Origin: Ancylonema sp.
Taxonomy: Eukaryota
Length of the DNA: 20,894 nucleotides
Assembly: GCA_050230475.1 (NCBI GenBank)
Contig: JBFLGF010000045.1
Location: 62,001 to 82,894 of the forward strand
Reading direction: 5' to 3'
Shown here: positions 1 to 11,068 of the stretch, piece after piece
Numbering within the stretch: the stretch's first letter is position 1
How the letters are laid out: each line of letters starts with the position of its first letter
Made by a program: the position numbers and the translations under genes
Notes under the pieces: model-generated
The model's database searches: none
What the model was told of the DNA's origin: nothing
The model's input: only the letters and a program-made list of their open reading frames with translations

Positions 1-83
1 CACTGGACTTTGTGCTGCCTCAGTTGGGCCTTGCTCTACCGAGTTTTGACCCGAGAGCACCTCTTGAAACACTGTTTCTGCAG

Positions 84-2658
84 TTGATTATCCTCTGGCA
101 CAGCACTTTCCAGCGCATAGGTTTGAGAATTCCGCTTGTCATGGAATCCTTCGTCCAGAATGTAGAGCGGACTGTGATGCTGAGCAGTATGCCACTCGAA
201 AAGTATGCAGAACTTTATTCATGCTTGGTAAAAAACACAAACAGAGTACAGCAGTGTCTGGGCCTTGACGAGAATAGATTCAAGAGACAGGATTTGCAGC
301 AGGTACGGAATTTGATTGCTTTTGATTGAAATTCACGATTTTCCAGTCAACAAAGAAATGTGGACCTGATCGGGAGCTGAGTTGAATATGCTTTGACATA
401 AAACAAATTTCTCTGCCGTTATTTCCGTTTGAAACTTGATTCTCACAAGTGGTGCCAGCCTTATCAGCCTGAAATTTTATGCACTTCCTGGTGCAGGTGC
501 TAGCCCTCCACAATCTATCCTCTAGCAAAGGGAAAAAGGTATCGTGTTGTTTGTCTTAAATGCCAAGCCTATGGTGGCACTTTCCGTGTCAATTTCAGCC
601 AGGAGTCACACTTTCGTGCTAAATTGGCAATTTGTGGTGAACAGGAAGTGCTGGACAGAATGATCAATCTGGAGCTCTTCAGACCCTTGCAGTCAACGGT
701 TCGTCCAGTTCCGCTAGTGCCGACCCTGACAAGGCCCTCCAAGATTCGGGTGGCAGAAGTGGAAGAAGATTTGGCCGCCCTTGGTTTGATGGAGGGTCCT
801 GTCGTGTTGATAGAGTGTGCCGATATGTTGTCTCAAGACTGTGCCGAGGTACAGCCCTGTGTCACACAAGAAGCTTCGAGTCCTACTCCGGACGAAGTTG
901 TCATCGGTTGTCAAGTGGATGAAGGGCCTACAGCATGTGGAGGACAGAAGGCAGTTGAAGTCACTATTCCAGTATCTTCAGAGGCTCAACAGACTGAGTA
1001 CCTTACTGGTGCGTACAGCATGCTGAGAGCTTACAGGTTATAATAAGAAAAGTGCAATCTATCAGCCACTCAAACACGATATATCCCCCGAGAGATTGAA
1101 GGGTGACTTCAGAGACAGACCATGGGAATCCTTGATGGAGCATGCTGATTTATGAATCTCGATGAGAGGAATCAGCTAACAAATTCTTAATGTCGGAGTG
1201 TCTTTCTGTTTATCTGTCTAACAGAGGATGCGCCATCGAAGGTCTCTCCCAGCTGCGGCAATTGCAAGAAGCGAACGGCTGCCAAAATGATCATCCAGGT
1301 CAGAGCCATGTGAGAAAAGGAATTATTTAATGAGCTTGACATGCTATTGTGTGACTATTTCCACAATACTGTAGACCGCATATGATCAGGCCATGTGTGT
1401 GGCTGGTACAAGTAACAGAGAAACAGTGAAGATTGGATTCTTCCGAGAAGACACTCCCAATGTATGCTGAACTTCAATCAGTTTCAGTCCTTCAAGAATC
1501 ACACACCATTCGTGAAGAATGGTGTTTGATTCTGCCACTTTGGTCCAGTGCTCACATAATAAATGGCTTTGTGATTCGCCAAAGTTTTATTGTTTCTCCA
1601 GAGGCTACTCGGACTGATCTGATTGACAATCCCGCACGTATACAATTTGTGGCTATGACACAAGGTTTTCTCGCTATTGAAGACGTCAGACTCAAGGCTT
1701 TCTGATCCTCCCATCCAGGATGACAAGAGCATAGACGAAGTCGAAGCATCAAAGAAGGAAGCAACAAAGATTGTTCAGCCTGAAGTGCATATTGACAAGG
1801 CGCCACCGACTGAGTTTCGACAAGTCAAGAAAAACAAATTGTCGTGTGCCTCTCACACTGAGCAGCCAGCTTCATCTCTTGAGCCGGATTGTGAGGGATT
1901 TTTTCGTGAAGAACCTGCGGCAGGAGAAGTAAAGAAAAAGTCGCACAAGAGAAAGCAGCCAAGCCCTCTGAACAAAGATATGTCTGTAAACCGGGAAGCA
2001 CGTGATAACAATGGCAATGATTCTGGAAACACTACTGGGATCACCGATTTGAAGGATGTTGGCAACGTATCTGTATCCACCAAAATATCGTCGAACACAT
2101 CAGGGAAGAGGAAGAGAAAAGAGGACAATACTATGAAGGTGACAAGTGATCGCAGCGCCTATATAATTTTTGTAATGGAGGAGGGAACTCGAGTCAAGAA
2201 AGAGAACAAATTGGACAACATCGACGTAGTGAAGGTGCGAGAACATTTCTGAACCCCAACCAGTTCAAAATCTTTGAGGCACACGTTGTGTGGTGTAAAA
2301 TTTCTGGTGATTCCTGTTGATTCTGGACGCGCGTCCTCAAATATATACATCCATGCATTCAATATTTTCGATACCCTTATTTGTTTGTCAATACTTATGT
2401 CGGTGCAGAAACTTGCGGAGGTGTGGAGTGCACTATCCAAACGTGGCAAAAAGGTGAGTTCGCGACGGGGCATGTGTCCGGGGCGATTCACTTCTATGCT
2501 TTGATATCGGAACGCTTATGTTTTCTGCGTGTGTCACTCGGAACAGAAATATGAAGACATGGCCGAAGCTGACAGGCAGCGCTCAGTCAAAGGATGTGAG
2601 AACAGGCCTAAAATGAATAAGGTCTCAGAACCGAAAGCTTCTTCCATAATAAAGAAAG
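84..2658 (+). CDS. Multi-exon gene encoding an HMG-box protein (5' partial; contains a frameshift near 1659-1705, possibly a pseudogene)
   Basis: Phase-compatible GT-AG exon chain read by eye: 84(or window start)-302, 497-538, 603-1008, 1225-1298, 1375-1405, 1602-2234, 2409-2453, 2547-2658. The last three splice to ...KRKRKEDNTMKVTSDRSAYIIFVMEEGTRVKKENKLDNIDVVK|KLAEVWSALSKRGKK|KYEDMAEADRQRSVKG, matching the HMG-box pattern (SAYxxF...KENP...V.K.LGE.W..LS..EK..Y...A..D..R). Exon 1602-2234 is one nt too long to keep frame. Confidence 0.75.
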
Positions 2659-2747
2659 GTACAACCCTGAATTTTCCACATCTTTCGTATCACTTAGGAC
2701 GCTTTCATGTCGACACAATGAGATTCTTGGTATCTCACTGCGTAAAG

Positions 2748-4380
2748 TCGGTGGGTTGGATATGGATGATGGACAGGCAAAGGCAAAGCAAGGGCTAGAT
2801 GTGGACCTCAATCTCATTGTTCGACGAAACCGATCGGTCCAGCCAACTTCGACGACTCTGATGATGACCACGAACCAAAGGAGACAGTTTTCAGCTCAAG
2901 GACAGAACTCGAGTGTGACGATGATGCAGGTGAGACGCAAATTACGAACTGATCGGATGTGGAAGCCGGTCAAGATTTTGTGAGTCGCACAGGTGTAGAG
3001 TGACAAATCAAGTGTCCGTACATGCGAGGTCATTGACGAGGGCACCGTGTGTTCGAGACAACACAGTTACGTGTATCGATCGTTGTTGATGGTCCTTCGC
3101 TTACATGCGCAGCTTGGATGACAGCCGAAGAAGTGGATGCGAGTGGGGAGCTGGAGGTAATACAGAGTCGAGGTCACGAAATCTCTCCCCCTTACCTCTG
3201 AACCATTGGTTCATGACCATCCTAGGATGATCAGTCTTACCTTATGAGACAATGTATCCATTTTGTTTTTGTCTGTTTATATATGTGAATGAAGACGTCT
3301 CTTATCTTACTCACCATTCATCAGTCGCCCCTTCCAAATCAGTTTGTCGTCGCCAAAAGCATGAAGGGGGAGTACATCACAAAACGAAAGGGTGTGGACT
3401 ACATGCAAGTAGACTATGAGGAGGGGCTAGGAGAGGAGAGTACCAATGGCAGTGAAGAGGGTGACGGAATGAGTGGACGTCTCAGAGAGGCTATCCATCG
3501 CCATGAAACGCGTCGTTCCGCCTTCAAGAAGGTCAGTCTCTGTATCCCTCTTTCACGTATGCTCACTCGTTTTGTTTCGCATCAGTCGTTTCTCATAGTT
3601 TTCAGTTTACTTTGTAGATGGCTGCAAATATTATAGATGCAATTGAGTGCTGTACAACACATTCGAAGCCTTCATATCACGGTGCAGGATTTAAAGCTGC
3701 GAACTGCCAATGGAAAGCTCGATCTTGAAAACCTCCACAGTGGGAGCCCGTTGGAGGTGATGCTGCTGATCATGCCAACGCTGACCTAGAACAGTCAACA
3801 CACGTTTGCAGGGCAACGCATCTGTGTTGAAATGTGAACTTACCGATGTGTATTCATGCCAGTTTTCACTCTTATGTGTTAGTGGTGCTTGCACCTTGCA
3901 TTTATCGGGAGGACAAGACCAATCGTTGCTGCGAGTTGGCTATGTTTCTTTCCAGATGCTCGCATTTTTGGGGATCATGCGTGAGGTAAGAAATTCTATA
4001 TGCGGTCTGCACTGCAGGCATTAAGGAGGTTTCCTTGCACCTCTTTGACAACTGCCCCTTTATCGTTTTTAGGTCGTCTTCCTTCCCACTTCAGCCAGGT
4101 TGCCGCCACCTGATGTGTGGTGAGAATTATGCCGTAACTTCACCCCATACCATTCTAATCTTGCCTTCACATCAGAACTTGCGACCAGTCCATCAAAGTT
4201 ATTGTAATCACGTTTTTTAATTTTTGAGGCGACAGGATGAAAGTGCCCATGCTCGGATTGTGCCACTTGATGCAAACTTTGCTCGATGGAGAGCGGGCCA
4301 GCAAGGCCACATTGGTAAAGAGGCTGGCTGCATGCCAGCAGAGCCTGCAAAACATTGAAGCCAACCCCACATCACAATAA
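2748..4380 (+). other. Probable further 3' exons of the HMG-box gene (structure unresolved)
   Basis: Acceptor at 2747 continues in phase (VGGLDMDDGQAKAKQGLDVDLNL). Other exon-like segments with good splice sites: ~3343-3531 (acidic, ends AAG|GTCAGT) and 3956-3985 (TTCCAG|...GAG|GTAAGA). A short open frame ends with TAA at 4378-4380. I could not build one uninterrupted frame. Confidence 0.35.
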
Positions 4381-6982
4381 AAAAATGAATGAACTACCGC
4401 TGTTATTGGTTGGTCAACACATTGAAAAGTGTGCTTCATCTTGAGTTGGTGCGAGTGTGTTTTGTTGTACAAACATTAGGAATTTTTCCTCTTGTGTGGT
4501 TCCGGTGTGTGTGAGTGAGAACAGAGTGATTATATTCAATTGTCGAGGGAGAGCAATGCCATCGATAGTAGATCCTTGATTGTTGTGAGATTGCCGTCAA
4601 TTACACGTGTGCGTATTATTTGGCATGTTCTTGTGGTTCTCGGTTGTCAGTAGTACATGTTAGGTAGTAGATTCTCGCTTTTGCTTGTTTCTTGCAAGCA
4701 GCATGTTGCAATGTCAACGTGAAGATCAGCGGTATGCTTGAAGCGATGTCTGCAAAATTCCGCTTCTATTTTTTTTCCTCCCCCTCTATTTTTTGGTGTC
4801 ATCGAATCCATACAAGATATGTAGATACGATTTTGAATCCATGAGAAATGCATCTCACGATGTGTATCATACAAATGCCAGCCAAGTCCGATGCGAGTTA
4901 TCGTACATCACATGAACTTGTACAACATGCTAACCAATAATGTACATGATTCATTCCGGGTTTATGGAATGTGACCTCTCTCAAAGAGTCGGTTATGGGG
5001 ATATGGCAAACAGAATAAACAGATTTAGCCATATCGTGCCATCTAGCATTGTGCCACACTATTGTTATAACGAACATTGTCGTAAAATGCACTTCACGCG
5101 TGCGAAACACTTTCTAACTTCTCATATAGTTGTACACACATGGTCTATGATCTAGTCGAGATCCGACACACACACATACTCGATAACAAATAAATGTACT
5201 TCCCTTGGCTATACAACATGCCAAATGTTATTTCCCAAGTCTACCTATGGCAAGGCAATGCCTTCGGTCTGGGTGTAAAGTACCCGAAGCTTTAAATGAT
5301 GGGAGCAATACAATACTCTATCAATCGATGTTAGAAGACAAATCACAAATAAATACACATAAGTCGAATGCATGTAGATTGAATGCCAGCCGAACTCGCA
5401 AACAGATTACACAAGATTCTGGAGTAATTCTTTTTGCAGTTCCCGAGGTGTGCAAAGACCGAACGAGGTTTGAGCACAAAGAGTACAAATTGTATAGTTT
5501 TCTTGCTGCCTATCCGTTTCTGATTGTTTTTGCGGCGCCGCTAAGCTGACTGGCTCAGTGACATACTTGTTTCTCCATTCCTAGCTAAGTATTCTAGTAG
5601 CAACGTCACCTACATCACTTTTATAGCTAGATACAAAGCATGCTCGCCACAGAACGTCTCTTGACGTTTGGTTGCATTGTGGTCTTCCGCTAACTATCGT
5701 TTAGGATACATAAAGATCAACAATGCGACCCCATGCGTCTTGTCGTTACTTTAAACAAGTACTTATCAGCTCATGCTTACGATAGTCCTCCCAACTTGCT
5801 GTTGTTGCACTTAGTCCTATGTATGGGGAACGTATGTGGACCTATAATTGATCGATAACATGCTGCTGACAGTAGCACCCGGACATGGTACCGCTAGTGG
5901 CGTGCTTCAATAATTAAGGCCCTCGTTTGTTAATCAATAATTGGTTGTAAAATACGTCCGCCCGTACACTTGCGAAATTAAAAAGACCCACGCATGTGCC
6001 AAACATGGTTCAAGGACGCAAATAATCGCACCCGCATCATTTTACCGTATAGGCACATTCACCCATTCCCTCATAAATTACCATAGAGGCACCCGATCAA
6101 ATATTGTCCGACAACCAGAATTCGAGAAAACGTCGCTTTGCTTCGGGTTGGATCATTGATACTGACAAACTCTGCAAATCACAATGTACAAGCACAAAGT
6201 TTAGTAAAAACAGGGTGGCAAGATACTTCTGTGTTTTCCCGGGTGGTAAAAGATAAAAGTGGTAAGACATAGTCCTACTAAGCGTCACAGTTATGGGAAT
6301 AGTAAAATCCAAAGCGTCAACAATATCAACACTCACGAGAATGGTTCATCATACACTCGCCTTATCGATCCTCTTGTTCATCATGTGTGAGTCGCACTTG
6401 TAAAGAAGGAAACACAGTTCGTGTCTCTAGTTTGTCGGCGTTACGTTCAGAACTCAAGGCACTTCTTTGAGAATACGAGATTTTTTCACCGCGAATCAAC
6501 ATCAACCCTTGCTGAGGACAATGTGAACAACCATCACCTTATAATTTATGAGAGGGGACACCAACACTTCTGACGCATGTGATATTTGTGATGCCAAAAC
6601 AAGACAAGAGAAAGGAAAGATGATATTGACATCGTGTGGGAAGCCTAATGTACCGACTCACGTGATTCATTAGCCTCAATCACCTCCATTCGACACTTCC
6701 GTACAAAATGACACACCATAAATCACAAACTCGCCACCATAAACAACGATGATGTTTTGAACTTCTTATCCTACCTAACCACCTTTTGAAGAGGGGGTCA
6801 GCAAACTCCGATATCAGTTCTCAATACATAATGAAAATGAAGCATTGCAAAAATAGAGACCAAAAAAGTTGCCTTCGCCAAGGCCAACCTACAACCTTCC
6901 CTAACCCCCTCCACTCCCATTTCAAGACAAGGAACCCAAAAAATTCCTCTCCTTGCTCCTACTTCTCTATCGAGCCCCTACC

Positions 6983-9517
6983 TCACTGCTTACTCGCTCT
7001 TCTTACTCCCATCCCCTCAAACCTCCTCCTCTCTCCTTGAGGCTCCCTATCTGAGACGGCCAGCAGCGCCTCCACCACCTCCCTATCCTTCATCTCCACA
7101 AACCCATTCCGCGCCTTCAAAAGTTTCACAGTCCTAACATTGCCCGACCCTCTCCCGCCCAAAAAATCCGCCACCCATCGGTTGGCCACTCTCTCCAGCG
7201 CCACCTCATCCATATGCACCGGAATCTTGTCCACGTACAAGCACCGGCTGCGATCCAACTGAACAAACCCATCCCCACTCCCGCCCCCCACCCTCCCATC
7301 CCGCTCTCTCTCCCATTCCCCCTCCTGCCCCCTCTCCCTACTCCTCCCCCCCGAAACCGGTCCCCCCCTCCGCTCCAACTGCGGCTCAAACCCAGAGGAG
7401 CCCCTCCCCCTCCCTTCTACCACAGGAGAGCGATCCCCCAGCCTGGCCCTCTTCCCCATCCCCCTCTCATACTCCCCATCCGGGGGGCTCACTGCCTCCT
7501 TCATGTACCCACCCCCTGCCCCCCACCCTGCCACCTCATCCTCGTAGACTCGCCCCATGGCCGGGCCCACCAGTCGGGCGCGCAGCGGGGTATTCATTTT
7601 GGGGAGAGAGTCGTTGGGCCCGTGCAACCCCCCCCCCGTGTCGCGAACTTTTTTGGATTCGAACTCATGGTCGAACCTCGAGCCTTTGTGCGGCTTCACC
7701 TCCATCCCCCCAAACACTTTGCTGTCGACTTTCACGAGGTCGAGCGCACGCGACGTCAGGATTTCTGACCCCAGGTGCACAAACGCGCAAAACGGACGGA
7801 CCTGACGCACCTCCACCACGATTCTGCGGTCCTTGGCCGTCGCCAGCTCAGCACGCGAGGAATTGTCTGTGAGCACTTGTGTGAAGCAGTTGTGGATCCG
7901 GGTTTGGGTGGTGTGCTCCGCCAGCTTCTGAACGTACACCGTGCGGTTGGGGTCGAGGCGCTCCCTCGTGCTCCACTTCGCCCCATCCCCGACTGTAGCA
8001 CCCGGCTTCGCCTCCCCAACCCTCCCAACCGATAACCGCACGGGTGCCCCCTGGGGTGATGCCTTTGCTTTCTCCCAGGCAGGGGGGGGCAATCTGTCTG
8101 ATGGGTTTGGCAAAATCCCCCTCCGACTCTCCCTCTCCTTCTCCCTGCCCCTGCTCACCCTCCCCCCCCAGCCGATTCGGGCGAGGACCACCCCGTTGAA
8201 GCGGGTGGGATCTCGTTCATACCACTCCAGCGCACGGTCAGCCAGCTCAGCGGTGGGGAAGGCCACGTGTGCCGTCTCGGAGGGGGATTGGATCTCCTTG
8301 ACAGCGCATATCAGCTTGCCACCTGTCACCTTCCTCGCCCTCTCCCTCTCCCCCGCAGTTGTGAGCCCATGAATCGCCAGATGCAGGCTGTTGTACACGT
8401 CGCGTGGAGAGCAGCCACTTGGCATCGCCACGACGGCTACGGCAGTGCCACCTGGCAACGGCACGGCTGCCTTCTGATTGGTCCCCCCCGGCAGACCCCC
8501 CCTCTCCTCCGGCCCCACCTCCACCTTCAGTCCGTAACACGTGTTCTCATCCCTCCTCATCACCTCCACACAAGCTGCCACCAGTTCCTCGTGTGCCATC
8601 TCCACTTCGCACACGTGGGCATCTAGCAGGGTTGCGCCTGTAACGAGGGATTTATTCCGCCCCAGCAGCCCCTCTGACACCTCCAGGCACTCATCCAATA
8701 CCCTCTGCATGGCCGCTGCCACCCCGGCTGCCGACCTGTACCCCTGCTCTGCCACGTCATACACGTGAAGGAACCGCGTGGTAACCGACTCCGATGCCAC
8801 CTCTGTTGCCAACACCTGGGCTTCCCCACTGCCGGCGGGAGGCAGAGCCAGCCCAGGAGAATCCACCAGTGGGGCACCTGCCCCCTCCTCCTGCGGACCG
8901 TCTGCGAGGTTTCTTTCGAAGTCTGCACGCGGCCGCTTCAGCCCCCCTCCACCCCCCACTGCAGAGGGAGAAGAAAGGGGGGATGGGGACCTCCTCCTTT
9001 CACCCATCCGAACCTCCCCCCCGCCAGCGCCCCTATGCGTCAAAGGTGTTGAAGGGGCGGCACGGGGGAGGGGGATGGGGATGGGGATGGGGAGGGCAGT
9101 CTGGGGTGGGTCTGTGAGAGCGTAGGTGGCAGCGGTGGTCTGCAGCAGGCGGGTAACCTGCTCCTCCGCAGCCAGGACGGCCTGAAAACCCACCCCCCTG
9201 ATTTTCATGACCACCCGAGGGGCAGCAGGAGGTCGCCCCCCCCCCGGCTCTGACTTCACTTGGACCAATCGCAGCATGGTGCCAGTACCCCTCTCAATCG
9301 CATTCAGGTTCTCCCTCTCTTCCCCCCCAATCTGTTTGACCAGGTCGCGGATGGTGAGGGGGGGGGGGGAGGGGGCCCTCATACCCTACTCGGTGGCAAC
9401 ACACCCCGTGGCGAGCCCACGACTTGAGGCGGTCCGCTGCCGCCAGCACAAACCATTTCGTCTCTGCAGCCTTCCAGAGGGGGAGGGGGTGGAAGCGCAG
9501 CTGTACCCACAATGAGT
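6983..9517 (-). CDS. Large terminal exon of an RNA-binding protein: degenerate KH domain + four RRM domains
   Basis: 799-aa ORF 6983-9382. KH-like ~9358-9140 (LVKQIGGEERENLNAIERGTGTMLRL...VVMKIRGVGFQAVLAAEEQVTRLL). RRM-like ~8779-8510, ~8446-8168, ~7948-7688 (RTVYVQKL...FCAFVHL) and ~7249-6992 (RCLYVDKIP...RNGFVEM). A C-run acceptor at 9518 suggests the exon starts at 9517 and joins the ORF across a 1-nt discrepancy in the G12 run at 9358-9369. Confidence 0.8.
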
Positions 9518-9652
9518 CTGTGTGGGGGGGGGGGGGGACGTGTTAATGTCTCATTCGCTGTGTGTGGGATTGGGGGGGGATAATCTGTCTGCCAGCCGAG
9601 TATGCTCTATATATTCCTGGAGGGGGGTGGCGGGAGGGAGCGGGTTGGGTAC

Positions 9653-9759
9653 CTGTAGGGAGGTGGAGGCCACCTGGACGGGCATCGTCTTTGACAGCAA
9701 CCTCCCCACCTGGATTGGAAAGAGGGACCCCGGTTAACCGGGTCATGCAACAGCAAATT
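9653..9759 (-). CDS. Probable internal exon of the KH/RRM gene
   Basis: Acceptor TTTCCTTCACAG| at 9760 and donor CAG|GTACCC at 9653/9652. The frame ...MTRLTGVPLSNPGGEVAVKDDARPGGLHLPT ends in phase 1, matching the phase-1 acceptor at 9518 (G+AC = Asp). Confidence 0.55.
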
Positions 9760-9979
9760 CTGTGAAGGAAAGCTCAGTTCGATTCATACACCCAGTTCGT
9801 GTTTTGAGGTGAACAGACCCAAAACGAGCAGAGAGAAACACGAAGACTGTATATGTATCCGTATGTGCTGCCAGGAAGGCTTGCTGACGTCATCGCGTGT
9901 CTGAAGCTGACGCGACCTACTCACTTCCACCACATGTAACTCATCCCCATTCACACCATCAGTCTGATATCACACAGGT

Positions 9980-10722
9980 TCACTGGTTCCCCGCCCCCCC
10001 CACCCCCGGGCGCTGCTCACCAAACTCTTCCTTGACTTGATCGGCGCAAGTTCGGGCCAGGAGCCACGGCTTGCCCTCCGCAACATCGACCCCCGCAATC
10101 TCAAACTCGTGCAGCCACCCGTTCCCAATCTGCACCGGTTCCGGTTCAGGACCCAAACTCAATGCCTTCGCACTCTCCTCCGTCTGAAAGGCACCCATCG
10201 CTCCAGCTCTAGACGTTGACGGTTGTTCCTCCTTGACTGGGCCGAGGAGTGCCACCATACCATGTTTTTCTCGTTCCTCTTCGCTCACCCTAGTGAGTTC
10301 GAGTGCTGTGTCCGTTAGAGCGGATGCACATGCAAGGTTCACATCTGGCTGCATTTGCAAACCACCATGGTTGCTATCCACAACTGCTGGAACTGGCGTA
10401 GAAATGTTCTCTGGATTTTTATTGAGAAGAGCGAGGAGTGTCGGTTGCAGCTCTGTCGTGCGCTCGGTCTTCACAGGTGGCAGATCTTCCTCAACCTCCC
10501 CGACTGTGACGACAGGTGTCGTATGCACCATACTCGGTGGAGGACTATTCTCAGCATCCCGGTTATCCTCCATGATGGCGTCCCACTTCGTGGAAGCGTC
10601 GACGTGGACGTTTGCTAGCAACGATTGCACAGCGTCGCTACACGACCTCTCCATGGGGATTTTCTCCATAGGCATTATGTGCCCTGTAGCCAGGGGAGCC
10701 GCCAATTCAGCTGGAACACCTG
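9980..10722 (-). CDS. Acidic, probably disordered ORF; likely upstream exon of the KH/RRM gene
   Basis: 241-aa ORF with protein-like E/P/S/T-rich composition, same strand and directly upstream of the KH/RRM exons. Candidate acceptor TACAG| near 10723; first in-frame ATG at 10675. No recognisable domain. Confidence 0.5.
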
Positions 10723-11068
10723 TATAGATGGACCTGCAACATTTGGAAGCATGGTATCATTTGGGTAACCATCACTCGCACCAACCTCAAACAAGGTCGG
10801 ATCGGCAGTTGGGATAAGTTCTGCCAGCTCTCGCAGCCCGATTTCGGGCCAGTATTTCCCCGCCCGCCAGCCCAGTCCGACTTGCGCCGGGTGGGACTGG
10901 AGGTACAGGCGAGGGCAATTTTTGTATTAGTACTCGTACTCACAATTAACGCTAGTATGGGCCCATGTTCCCTCACCTACCTGGTTTCTGTCACTTGGAA
11001 TGGTACATTCTACTGCGCGCTTGCATCGCTCACTCTGATGTGACTGACATACACGCGATTCATGGAAG

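Noticed and set aside
4400..6980. Short ORFs (60-114 aa) and possible TE remnants in the intergenic region
   Set aside because: No recognisable domains, terminal repeats or target-site duplications; a degenerate element cannot be excluded without a repeat-library search.
7126..9515. Many overlapping plus-strand ORFs opposite the KH/RRM exon
   Set aside because: Expected stop-poor shadows in GC-rich coding DNA; low complexity.
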